From Candidatus Latescibacterota bacterium (GTDB taxonomy: Bacteria > Latescibacterota > UBA2968 > UBA8231), in assembly GCA_965223905.1 (NCBI GenBank), contig CBDCXV010000011.1:1728001-1792000 (forward strand): a stretch of DNA of 64,000 nt, in the 5' to 3' direction. The number at the start of each line of letters is the position of its first letter. The stretch's first letter is position 1. Under the pieces are notes generated by a model. That model searched no databases and had not been told where the DNA came from. It saw nothing but the letters and a program-made list of their open reading frames with translations. Both the position numbers and the translations under genes were made by a program. Below are positions 43,828-53,112 of the stretch, in pieces.

Positions 43828-44910
43828 ATGTACCGGTCCGCCATTCTCGGGTGCGGCTCCCAGTCCCACCAGCACGCGCTCGTCTACCCCGAAATCGATT
43901 CCATGACCCTCGTCGCCTGCTGCGACCTCGACGAGAACAAGTGCCGGGCGTACGCCGACGAGCACGGGGTACCGGCGCGCTACGGAGACCTGGAGAAAAT
44001 GCTCGAGGCGGAGCGCCCCGACGTGCTCCACATGGTAACCCAGCCCGACTACCGCCTCGCCGGCATCAGCACCGCCGCCGAAGCCGGGGTGAAGGCGGTC
44101 ATCGTCGAAAAGCCGCTCTCCCTGTGGCCGATGGAAGCACTGGAGATCGCCGAGGTGAGCGTGCGGACAGGCTGCCGGGTCGTCGTCAACACGCAGCTGA
44201 GGTTCTTCCCCCAGTATCCGGCGGTCCGCGACCTGGTACGTTCGGGCCGGCTCGGCGAGGTCGACTTCGTGCGCGCCAGCACCTGGGGCGGCGCCTTGGC
44301 CATGGGGCCGCACCTGATGAGCCTGGTGATGATGGTCCTCGACGATCCCTTCCCGGAGGCGGTGTGGGCCTGCGCCGAAGGGCTGGAGGGGTACGAGTGG
44401 AGCCACCCGGCGCCGAGCCACGTGCAGGCGACGTACTGGTTTCCCGGCAACCGGCGGGTGTTCTGGGAGTGCACCCCCAGGGGCCTCGGCAACCGCGGCG
44501 GCGGCGCCTACTGGATGCACCTCGACCTCGACATCTTCTGCTCCAACGGGGTCATCTGGACCCAGCAGGCCGGAACCTGGGGCTACCAGGTCCGCGGCGG
44601 GGCCGAGGTCTTCGAGGAGTCCACGGATTTGTACGCGCAGATGCAGGCAGGCCAGCGCGACTTCACCGCGGCCGTGGCGGCCTGGCTCGACGACGACGAC
44701 AAGCCCCACGAGTGCCGCCTCGAGAAGGCCCTGCCGGTGATGTGGGCGATCTTCGCGGCTCTCAAGTCGGCCAAGGTCGGCCACCAGATCACCCTGGGCC
44801 GGGACACCGGGTTCTTCCTGCACCCCTCCGGCGAGGGCCGGGCCATCGAGGTGCCGGCCGGCGTCACCGACAACGATCTCAAGGCGCTGCGCCACCACCT
44901 GCCCAGATGA
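43828..44910 (+). CDS. Gfo/Idh/MocA family oxidoreductase
   Basis: AILGCG, VACCD, IVEKP, NTQLRF. Confidence 0.88.
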   Translation: MYRSAILGCGSQSHQHALVYPEIDSMTLVACCDLDENKCRAYADEHGVPARYGDLEKMLEAERPDVLHMVTQPDYRLAGISTAAEAGVKAVIVEKPLSLWPMEALEIAEVSVRTGCRVVVNTQLRFFPQYPAVRDLVRSGRLGEVDFVRASTWGGALAMGPHLMSLVMMVLDDPFPEAVWACAEGLEGYEWSHPAPSHVQATYWFPGNRRVFWECTPRGLGNRGGGAYWMHLDLDIFCSNGVIWTQQAGTWGYQVRGGAEVFEESTDLYAQMQAGQRDFTAAVAAWLDDDDKPHECRLEKALPVMWAIFAALKSAKVGHQITLGRDTGFFLHPSGEGRAIEVPAGVTDNDLKALRHHLPR

Positions 44911-46856
44911 CCGCCGAACCCGGGCGCGGCGTCACCCTGCGCGCCGTGCTCGCGGGCGCGGCCCTGGTGGCCGCCATAAGCGTCGTAAGCCCCTGGGCGA
45001 TCCTCGCCGTCAAGGGCTCGCAGCTGACCAGCAACGCCATCCCCGTCATCGCCGTGTTCCTGCTGTTCGCGGTCGTCGCCCTGGCGCAGCCGCTGCTGCG
45101 GCTGCTGTCTCGCCGGCTCGCCTTTGCCCGCGCCGAGCTGATAACCGTGTACGTCATGATGCTCGCCGGCTCGGTCGTCGTCACCACCGGACTGACCGGC
45201 TCCTTCCTCTCGGTGATCAGCGGGGCCGTGTACTACGCCACTCCCGAGAACAACTGGGAAACCCTGTTCGGGCCATATCTCAACCCCTGGCTCTCCCCCC
45301 AGGATACCGAGACGGTGCGCCTGTTCTACGAGGGGCTTCCCCGGGGCATGGGGATTCCCTGGGACGCCTGGGTCAGGCCCCTGGCTGCGTGGATCAGCTT
45401 CCTCCTTGTATTCTACGCCGTCCTCTTCTGCCTTGCCGTGCTCCTTCGGGGTCAGTGGGTGGAGAACGAGCGCCTCGTGTTCCCGCTCACCCAGGTGCCG
45501 CTGGCCATGGTCGGGGACGAGGACGAGGACCGGACCGTCGTCGGCAGGCTGTTCAGGAGCCGGGTCATGTGGCTCGGATTCGCCCTGCCGCTGCTTCTGC
45601 ACTCGTGGAACTCCCTGGGCAATTACAGCGACCTCTTCCAACAGGTCTCTTTGGGGGACAGCTACACCGTGTCGCGAGAGGTCGGAGCGATCCCGGTCCG
45701 CCTGAATCTTCCGGCCCTGGGTCTGGCGTACCTGATGCCCCTGAACGTCGCCTTCAGCGTGTGGTTCTTCTTCGTCATGGGTCAGGTACAACAGATCCTG
45801 TTGGCCTTCACCGGCTTTCGGATCGCCACCGGCGATGTTTGGACCTCCGGAGCAGGGGGGCCGATGATCCTGGCGTACCAACTGTCCGGAGCGATGATGG
45901 CCTTCGTCCTGTTTCTGATCTGGACGGCGGCGCCTCACATCCGCGGACTGTGGCGCCAGGCCCTCATCGGGGAGCCGGGGGATGGGCGGCGCGAGGTGCT
46001 GCCTCCGCGCCTCGCCTTCGCCTGCCTGGTATTCGGGGTGGCGTTCATGATTTCCTGGCTGACTCTGACCGGCCTGTCGCTTTTCGTTTCGGTGATCCTC
46101 GTGTTCGGCGCCCTCGGCGCCTTCATCGGACTGTCCCGGGTCGTGGCCGAGGCCGGCCTTCCCGGAGTGCAGACCCCGATGGTGCCGCAGGCTTTCATCA
46201 CCCGCGGGTTCGGCCCCGAAGTGCTGGGACTGAAGAACATGACCGGCCTCGGGTTGAGCACGGTGTGGATGGGGGAGACCGCGGCGAACATGATGAACGC
46301 CGCGGTTCACGCCCTCAAGCTGACGAGCGAGGAGGGGCAGGACCGGCGCTACCGCGGCATGCCGCTGGTGATCGCCCTTGCCGTATGCATCGGCCTCGCC
46401 GGGTCGATCTGGTTCACGATGCGGATGGCCTACACATTCGGCGGCATCAACCTGCACGGCTGGTACTACTGGGGCGCACCGCACTGGCCCTTCAACTACA
46501 TGGCCGCGGTCTACAGCGCTCCCGAGCCCTTCCTGCCGCGCCTGGGCTTCACCACCCTCGGGGGCGGCCTCATGGCGGTGCTTCTTTACCTGCGTTACCG
46601 CTTCACCTGGTGGAACCTGCACCCGATCGGCTTCCCGATAGCCAGCACCTTCCAGATCACCTACTACCTGTGGTTCAACATCTTCCTCGCCTGGCTCATC
46701 AAGGGCGCGGTGCTGCGCTACGGCGGCGTCGGCCTTTACCGTTCGCTGCGGCCCTTCTTCCTCGGTCTCGTCCTCGGGGAGTTCACCACGGCCTGCGCCT
46801 GGGTATTCATCGACGGACACTTCGGGTTCGAGGGAAACATGATCTACAATTTCTGA
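44907..46856 (+). CDS. DUF6785/DUF6784-type polytopic membrane protein, copy 2
   Basis: ATGA overlap with the upstream gene; AELITVY, QWVENERLVFPL, RVVAEAG, WWNLHPIGF, LRPFFLGLVLGE. Confidence 0.85.
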   Translation: MTAEPGRGVTLRAVLAGAALVAAISVVSPWAILAVKGSQLTSNAIPVIAVFLLFAVVALAQPLLRLLSRRLAFARAELITVYVMMLAGSVVVTTGLTGSFLSVISGAVYYATPENNWETLFGPYLNPWLSPQDTETVRLFYEGLPRGMGIPWDAWVRPLAAWISFLLVFYAVLFCLAVLLRGQWVENERLVFPLTQVPLAMVGDEDEDRTVVGRLFRSRVMWLGFALPLLLHSWNSLGNYSDLFQQVSLGDSYTVSREVGAIPVRLNLPALGLAYLMPLNVAFSVWFFFVMGQVQQILLAFTGFRIATGDVWTSGAGGPMILAYQLSGAMMAFVLFLIWTAAPHIRGLWRQALIGEPGDGRREVLPPRLAFACLVFGVAFMISWLTLTGLSLFVSVILVFGALGAFIGLSRVVAEAGLPGVQTPMVPQAFITRGFGPEVLGLKNMTGLGLSTVWMGETAANMMNAAVHALKLTSEEGQDRRYRGMPLVIALAVCIGLAGSIWFTMRMAYTFGGINLHGWYYWGAPHWPFNYMAAVYSAPEPFLPRLGFTTLGGGLMAVLLYLRYRFTWWNLHPIGFPIASTFQITYYLWFNIFLAWLIKGAVLRYGGVGLYRSLRPFFLGLVLGEFTTACAWVFIDGHFGFEGNMIYNF

Positions 46857-46860
46857 ACCC

Positions 46861-47097
46861 ATGGGAAAAGCATCCGGCCTGATCCACGCTCTCGCGCTCC
46901 TGGCGGCGTGCACGCCCCCTTCGTATCCCGCCGGAGGAGGGACATGGCGCCTGTTCAGCTGTGACTGCGATCGCGGCCCTCCTGCAGGCACCCTGACCAC
47001 CCTGTCCGGCAGCACCGCGGCAAGGCAGATCCAGCAGGGGAGTCCGGGGTTGCAGGCCGCGGCCGGGATCGGCTATTTCAACACAGGCAGCAAATAG
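46861..47097 (+). CDS. possible small lipoprotein or gene relic
   Basis: LALLAAC lipobox-like start; fills the gap between genes; the rest is low-information. Confidence 0.3.
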   Translation: MGKASGLIHALALLAACTPPSYPAGGGTWRLFSCDCDRGPPAGTLTTLSGSTAARQIQQGSPGLQAAAGIGYFNTGSK

Positions 47098-47112
47098 CAA
47101 AGGGCGAATCTG

Positions 47113-48165
47113 ATGAGCAGCGTGGCCGTTCCCTTCAGGAACGCTTACATAATCGACCGCAGGTCGGACTTCATCTGGTTTCTGACGCTCCCCTTCCTGG
47201 CCGTTGCCGCGGGACTGCTGTCCAACCGGTACCTGCCCGGGGCGGCGCTCGCGGCGATCGCCGTATGGGTGACGGTGCCGCACCACTTCGCCACCTGGCT
47301 GCGCGTTTACGGCTCGCCCGCGGAGTTCAGCCGCTGGCGCGACCGCTTCATCGTCGGCCCGGTGATGCTGGTGCTGCTGGCCTATCTCGCCATGCGCTAC
47401 GCGCCGCTGAGCCTCATCCTCGTCGTCACCCTGTGGGATCACCAGCACAGCCTCATGCAGCAGTACGGGTTCTCCCGCATCTACGACTTCAAGGCGAAGG
47501 CGGGAGCGGCGATCACCGGCAGGTTCGATCTCGCCTTCAACTGGATCTTCTTCGTCAACATGCTCGTGGTCTCCCCCCTGTGGTCGGTCATCTGGGTGCG
47601 CATGCTCCACGAGTGGAGCATCCCGGTCGAGGCGGAAACAGTGCGCCTCGTCCACCTGGTTTCGTGGACGATCTCCCTCGCCTATCTCGCCGTCTACGCC
47701 GGGCACGCGATCTGGTGCCTGCGCCGGGGCCACACCCTCAACCCGCTCAAGTACCTGTTCCTGTTCTCCAGCTATTTCCTGTGGTATTACACGAGCTTCA
47801 ACACGACCTACCTGCTCGTCTTCGCCGTCGCCCACCGCATCATGCACGGCGTGCAGTACATCGTGATGGTCTACTTCTACCTGAGGAACAAGTACGACCG
47901 CATGGGCGGGGAGTCCTCCTTTCTCGGCCACCTCGGCAGACCGGGAAACCTCAAGGCGTTCCTCCTGCTCTGCGCGGCCTACGCCCTCGTCTACCACGCC
48001 CTCGTGCAGGGCTACACGCGGGATTTCGGCTTCGGCGCCATCGGATTCAACACCAATTTCGATCTCTTCAGCTACTCCCTCGTCTCCTCCTTCGCCCTGC
48101 TGCACTACTACTACGACGCCTTCATCTGGAAGGTGCGCAAGAAGGAGGTTCAGGAAGGCCTGTAG
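47113..48165 (+). CDS. integral membrane protein with His-rich motifs, unknown function
   Basis: Multiple TM segments; PHHFATW, WDHQH...QQYG, HRIMHGVQY, LHYYYDAFIWK. Confidence 0.8.
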   Translation: MSSVAVPFRNAYIIDRRSDFIWFLTLPFLAVAAGLLSNRYLPGAALAAIAVWVTVPHHFATWLRVYGSPAEFSRWRDRFIVGPVMLVLLAYLAMRYAPLSLILVVTLWDHQHSLMQQYGFSRIYDFKAKAGAAITGRFDLAFNWIFFVNMLVVSPLWSVIWVRMLHEWSIPVEAETVRLVHLVSWTISLAYLAVYAGHAIWCLRRGHTLNPLKYLFLFSSYFLWYYTSFNTTYLLVFAVAHRIMHGVQYIVMVYFYLRNKYDRMGGESSFLGHLGRPGNLKAFLLLCAAYALVYHALVQGYTRDFGFGAIGFNTNFDLFSYSLVSSFALLHYYYDAFIWKVRKKEVQEGL

Positions 48166-48210
48166 TGCCGTCCGCTACCGGCGCCGTCCGGCTCTGCCTA
48201 CGCTGCCGCC

Positions 48211-48705
48211 ATGCGATATCTCAAATCACTGCGTTTTCTCGTATACCTGACGGTTGTCGGGGGGGCCCTCGCCGTGGTAGAGCGCTACCAGGCGAACACC
48301 TACGGACACTTGGCTCCGGCGACCGATCCGAAGGGGAAACCGATACTGAAGGGAGAGTCGCTGAGCGAGCTGGCGGGAGTCCTGTTCGAGCTCTACCCGG
48401 AGGAGGCGGAGCCCAACATGCTCATGGGAATGGCCCTGGCGGAAAAGGGCCAGTTGCGGGAAGCCCGGGTCTACCTCGAGAAGTCGCTGGAGATCGACCG
48501 CAACAAGCAGTCCCTGCTCTTCCTCTACGCCCGCCTGCTGCTCGACCTCGAGGAAGACCCCGAAGAGATCCGTGCCGTCGTCGACGAAATCCGCCGCACC
48601 TTTCCGAGGTCCAGGAAAAAGATGGAGGACTACTTCAGGAGGGCCTCGAAGGGCAGGATCCGCTTCGACACGCCGGTGAACGGTTCGGATCGTTCAGAGT
48701 ACTGA
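48211..48705 (+). CDS. membrane-anchored TPR protein
   Basis: N-terminal TM segment; MGMALAEKGQLREARVYLEKSLEID TPR. Confidence 0.75.
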   Translation: MRYLKSLRFLVYLTVVGGALAVVERYQANTYGHLAPATDPKGKPILKGESLSELAGVLFELYPEEAEPNMLMGMALAEKGQLREARVYLEKSLEIDRNKQSLLFLYARLLLDLEEDPEEIRAVVDEIRRTFPRSRKKMEDYFRRASKGRIRFDTPVNGSDRSEY

Positions 48706-49129
48706 CAATCCACGAACCTGCGCCGGATCGCCGGGCGAGCCCTTTCCACCTCTCGGCATTGGTGCTTTCCATCCCCGGTCCGCAGATTTTCATTGTCCGG
48801 GCTGGCCGCGTCGTACCGCCACCTCGAAGGCCGACCGGCGCCCTGGCCGCACAGCTCCGTTGCTCCCCGACCGTATTGCCGACCCGCAAACAGGATTGGA
48901 ATCACATTCCCCGAGCCATCCCTCCCGGCCCTTCGATTCAGCGAGTTTTCATGGGATCGGCGCGCCGGTACTGCCCCCGGAAACCAACCGACACGCGTTC
49001 GCGGCCGAAGCCTCCGGCTCCCGAGGGGCCCGGAAACGCGGTTACGGGCAGCGGAATCCCCGACAGTGCCCGGTCCCCGGTCAGGAAGCGGCTTGATTTG
49101 GAAGGATTCATGAGACAGGACGATAGCCG

Positions 49130-50641
49130 ATGAGACCTGCTCTCTTGGCCGGCCTGGTTCTCGGGGGGCTCTGTCCGCCGCTCTTCGGGGAAAGCCCCCG
49201 GGCCGCGACCCCACCCGGGGGCCCGGCAACAGTGCAATTCACCGACGTCGCTGCCGAGGTGGGCCTGGTGGCGCCGAACGTCTCCGGCAGGGACCAGAAG
49301 TACATCGTCGAGACCTCGATCGGCGGCACCGCCTTTCTCGACTACGACAACGACGGCGACGTCGACCTGTACGTCGCCAACGGCTCGAGCTTTCACGGGT
49401 TTCCCGAAGGAGAGCATCCCCGCAACCGGCTGTACCGAAATGACGGCGGTAACTTCACCGAGGTAACCGCGGCCGCGGCCGTCGGCGATTCCAGCTGGTC
49501 GCTCGGCTGCGCCGCGGCCGACTACGACAACGACGGGCACCTCGATCTGTACGTCGGCAACTTCGGCCGCAACACCCTCTACCGGAACCTGGGAAACCGG
49601 CGCTTCGCCGACGTCACTTCGGAGGCCGGGGTCGGAGACGAGGGATACGGCACCGCCAGCACTTTCGGCGACTACGACCGCGACGGCGACCTCGATCTGT
49701 ACGTGTCGAACTACATCGACTTCTCCCTCGACTACGAGTCGACGGTCCCCTGCGTCTGGAAGACCTACGACATCATGTGCGGCCCCAGGGGGATGATACC
49801 GCAGGCGGACGTCTTCTACCGCAACGACGGCAACGGCAGCTTCACCGATGTCACCGACGAGGTGGGCATGGCCGGCCGCAAGTACTACGGGTACGGCGCC
49901 GTGTTCGCCGACTTCACCGACGACGGCTGGCCCGACCTGTTCGTCGCCGACGACATGACTCCGAACATGATGTTCGTCAACAAGGGAGACGGCACCTTCT
50001 CGGACGAGGCGCTCGGCTCGGGGGTGGGATTCGACGCCGAGGGCACCGAGCAGGGCTGCATGGGAGTCGGGGTCGGCGACTACGACAACGACGGGGACAA
50101 GGACATCTTCGTCGCCAACGGCCACACCTATCCGGAGGCGAACCTGCCGCACACCAACGCCAGCTATGCCCAGCTCAACCTGCTGTTCGAGAATCTCGGA
50201 AACGGCACATTCCGGGACGTTTCGCGGGAATCGGGACCGGGGCTGGCGATCCGCGAGGTGAGCAGGGGGGCGGGATTCGCCGACTACGACGCCGACGGGG
50301 ACATCGACATCTTCGTCCTCAACCTGAACGGCAAACCCAACCTGTTACGGAACGACGGCGGCAACGCCAACAACTGCCTGCTCGTCAAGACGGTCGGCAG
50401 CGTGAGCAACCGCGACGGAGTGGGAACCCGGATCGAGTTGGAGGCCGCCGGGCACCGCCAGGTGAACGAGGTGCGCAGCGGCGGCAGCTACCTCGGGCAC
50501 GATGACATGCGCGTCCACTTCGGCCTAGGCAAGACGGGCCGCGTCGACAGGGTGACGCTGCGCTGGCCGAGCGGGATAGTGCAGACGCTGGAGGACGTCG
50601 AGGTGAACCAGGTACTCACGGTGACGGAGCCGGAGGGATAG
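49130..50641 (+). CDS. CRTAC1-family protein (FG-GAP repeats + ASPIC/UnbV), apparently lacking one repeat
   Basis: DYDNDG repeats; SNRDGVGTRI...SGGSYLG...VHFGLG...RWPSG ASPIC/UnbV tail. Confidence 0.9.
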   Translation: MRPALLAGLVLGGLCPPLFGESPRAATPPGGPATVQFTDVAAEVGLVAPNVSGRDQKYIVETSIGGTAFLDYDNDGDVDLYVANGSSFHGFPEGEHPRNRLYRNDGGNFTEVTAAAAVGDSSWSLGCAAADYDNDGHLDLYVGNFGRNTLYRNLGNRRFADVTSEAGVGDEGYGTASTFGDYDRDGDLDLYVSNYIDFSLDYESTVPCVWKTYDIMCGPRGMIPQADVFYRNDGNGSFTDVTDEVGMAGRKYYGYGAVFADFTDDGWPDLFVADDMTPNMMFVNKGDGTFSDEALGSGVGFDAEGTEQGCMGVGVGDYDNDGDKDIFVANGHTYPEANLPHTNASYAQLNLLFENLGNGTFRDVSRESGPGLAIREVSRGAGFADYDADGDIDIFVLNLNGKPNLLRNDGGNANNCLLVKTVGSVSNRDGVGTRIELEAAGHRQVNEVRSGGSYLGHDDMRVHFGLGKTGRVDRVTLRWPSGIVQTLEDVEVNQVLTVTEPEG

Positions 50642-50869
50642 AATCGGGGTGGCTGCCGGCTCGGATAAGCATGTTCACCGGGAGTCGGCGGCCTTGACTG
50701 ACGGCTTGAAATCGGTGCCCCGCTGCCCGCCTGGGCCAGGGCTCCCCGGACGCCAGTTGCCACCCCGCCCAGCCAGCCTGCGGCCCCGCCGATTCCTGGT
50801 GGGCTATCAGCCAGACGTCGAATAGTTGAACGCAGCAGTGAGGCGGTCCACCCCGACTGCTTCTGCCGG

Positions 50870-50906
50870 CGTAACCTGCCCGGCAGGTCGTAACCTGCTC
50901 GGCAGG
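50870..50906. repeat. two tandem 18-bp repeats, each containing a palindrome
   Basis: cgtaacctgcccggcagg-t-cgtaacctgctcggcagg; core cctgc-N3-gcagg. Confidence 0.85.
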
Positions 50907-51193
50907 AACTTCCGGCTTGCCCGGAACCCCGGCAATGCAGTCATGGGCACGGAAAGTCCTCCAGATAGGAACGGCGACTCGACACGGCCCCTGTACCGGT
51001 CCGGTTTCGACCCGGACATTCCGCCTGTCCTTACCCGGCCCGGGTGAACGAAATCATGGAATTTCCCGGCGGCGATCTACCCGGGCGTCGCGGTGGAGCC
51101 CAGGTGCCGGGAGCCGTACCTTGTCCCCGGCCTGGAAATCCACAGTTACCGCGGCAAAACTCACCTGCATCCCGGAGAGGACGGACACAGGAA

Positions 51194-53083
51194 ATGAACC
51201 CACCTGCAAAGCGAGCCATCGTGATCGGCATGGACGGCGCCAGCATGGAGCTGGTGTCGCGGATGATGGACCGGGGTCACATGCCGAACCTCGCGGCCCT
51301 GGCCGGCAGGGGGGTGCGGCGGCCGATGGTCGGCGTATTTCCGACCCTCACCCCGCCGGGATGGACGGCCACCTCGACCGGTTCCTGGCCGGGCAACCAC
51401 GAGGTCATGGACTTCAACATCCGCAAGCCCGGCGGCCGCCTCGACGAGACGGTATGGGGCATCGACACAGGCCTGTCGAAATCGGAGTACCTGTGGAACT
51501 CGATGGAGCGCGCCGGCCGCAAGCCGATCCTCGTCAAGTGGGAGATGTCCTGGCCGCCGACGGTGCGCGAGGGCGTGCAGGTCGAGGGGACGGGCCCGGG
51601 GGTGTCGAACGTGCACCAGATCGCCGGCTACCACCTGTTCGTCGCCGGCGACTGGAAGCCGCGACCTGTCGGCGGCGAGCGCGACCCCGAGACCCTCGAC
51701 CCGAGCGCCCTGCAGGCCATCGAGGTCGCCGACCCTGTGCGCATGAAGTCAGCCGGCAGACACTGGAAAAATCTGCCCGAGTCGCAGATGCCGCCGCGCG
51801 CAGTGGAGCTGACCGTCAGGCCCCTCACCCGCGGCCGCAAGCCGAGGGGAAGCACCGCCAAACCGAAGTCCTACCACGGCCTCGCTTACGCCAGCGGCGG
51901 CGAGGGCTACGACCGCCTTCTGGTCTGCCGCGGCAGGGACTGCGGCACCGCGGTCGCCGAGCTGTCCGAGGGCCAGTGGAGCGAGTGGTGGCGAGATACC
52001 TTCCTCATCGACGGCGAGGAGATCGAGGGGTACGTACAGGCCAAGCTGGTGGCGATGGCCCCCGGCCTCCAGCGCTTCGAGCTCTTCATGCCGCAGATCT
52101 GGCCCGCCCACGGGTACACGGCGCCTGTGCCGCTGTCGCGGGAGCTCGACGAAGAGGTCGGCAACTTCCTGCAGAACCCGGCCCGCGACGCCCTCGGGGT
52201 CGTGGACGACGACACCTATTTCGAGCTCCTCGACTTCCATCACCAGAGGCTCGCCGACGTCGCCGGGTACCTGACCCGGTCGCGGGAGTGGGACATCCTC
52301 TTCATCGAGTCGCACGCCCCGGACTACGCCAGCCATTTCTTCCTGGCGCAGGCCGACGAGGTCAGCGGCGCCGACCCGGACACCATTGCGCGCTGCCGCG
52401 AGGGGCTCGAGCGCACCTTCGCCTCGGTCGACGCGATGATCGGCCGGGTGACCGCCCTCGCCGGCGACGACACCGTCTGTCTCGTGGTCTCCGACCACGG
52501 CGGCACGCCGACGCAGTACGGGGCGGTCAACGTCTCCAAGGTTCTCGAAGAGACCGGATTCCTGACCAGCAGGGAGGGGGGGATCGACTGGGAGCGCACC
52601 ATCGCCGCCGACGTCGGGCTAGTCCACATCTTCATCAACCTCGAGGGGCGGGAGCCGACCGGAATCGTCGCCCCGGAGGAGTACCGGCAGACCCAGCTCG
52701 ACATCATCGCGGCGCTGAACGGGTACGTCGACGAGAAGACCGGCCTGTGCCCGTTCGCGCTGGCGCTGACGCGGGAGGACGCCGAGATGGTCAACCTCTG
52801 GGGCGACCTGGTCGGCGACGTGGTCTACGCCCTGCGCCCGGAGTTCGACGGCGCCCACGGCAAGCAGCTGCCGTCGGCCCGGCTCGGAATCGGGGGACAG
52901 CACTGCACCTTCATCATGGCCGGCGCCGGGGTGCGCCGCGGCCTCGACCTCAGGCGCCAGGTGCGAGCCGTCGACGTCGCCCCGACCATCTGCTACCTGA
53001 TGGGGGTGCCGATGCCGCGCGACGTCGAGGGCGGCGTCGTCTACGAAGCCCTCGAGGATCCAGACTGGCACCTGGCGCAGTAG
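51194..53083 (+). CDS. alkaline phosphatase superfamily, nucleotide pyrophosphatase/phosphodiesterase-like, copy 1
   Basis: GMDG, FPTLTPPGW...STG (Thr nucleophile), DYASH, SDHG, GAHG, DVAPT. Confidence 0.85.
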   Translation: MNPPAKRAIVIGMDGASMELVSRMMDRGHMPNLAALAGRGVRRPMVGVFPTLTPPGWTATSTGSWPGNHEVMDFNIRKPGGRLDETVWGIDTGLSKSEYLWNSMERAGRKPILVKWEMSWPPTVREGVQVEGTGPGVSNVHQIAGYHLFVAGDWKPRPVGGERDPETLDPSALQAIEVADPVRMKSAGRHWKNLPESQMPPRAVELTVRPLTRGRKPRGSTAKPKSYHGLAYASGGEGYDRLLVCRGRDCGTAVAELSEGQWSEWWRDTFLIDGEEIEGYVQAKLVAMAPGLQRFELFMPQIWPAHGYTAPVPLSRELDEEVGNFLQNPARDALGVVDDDTYFELLDFHHQRLADVAGYLTRSREWDILFIESHAPDYASHFFLAQADEVSGADPDTIARCREGLERTFASVDAMIGRVTALAGDDTVCLVVSDHGGTPTQYGAVNVSKVLEETGFLTSREGGIDWERTIAADVGLVHIFINLEGREPTGIVAPEEYRQTQLDIIAALNGYVDEKTGLCPFALALTREDAEMVNLWGDLVGDVVYALRPEFDGAHGKQLPSARLGIGGQHCTFIMAGAGVRRGLDLRRQVRAVDVAPTICYLMGVPMPRDVEGGVVYEALEDPDWHLAQ

Positions 53084-53112
53084 CGCCCGGGCTGCCCCAA
53101 CCGGAGACAGGA

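Noticed and set aside
43851-46856. 1001-aa ORF
   Set aside because: The N-terminal ~350 aa shadow the Gfo/Idh/MocA gene; the true start is ATG 44907 (ATGA overlap).
49330-50310. Recurring gactacgacaacgacggc sequences as a possible CRISPR/repeat array
   Set aside because: They encode DYDNDG FG-GAP motifs within a CDS; spacing is irregular and no cas genes are present.
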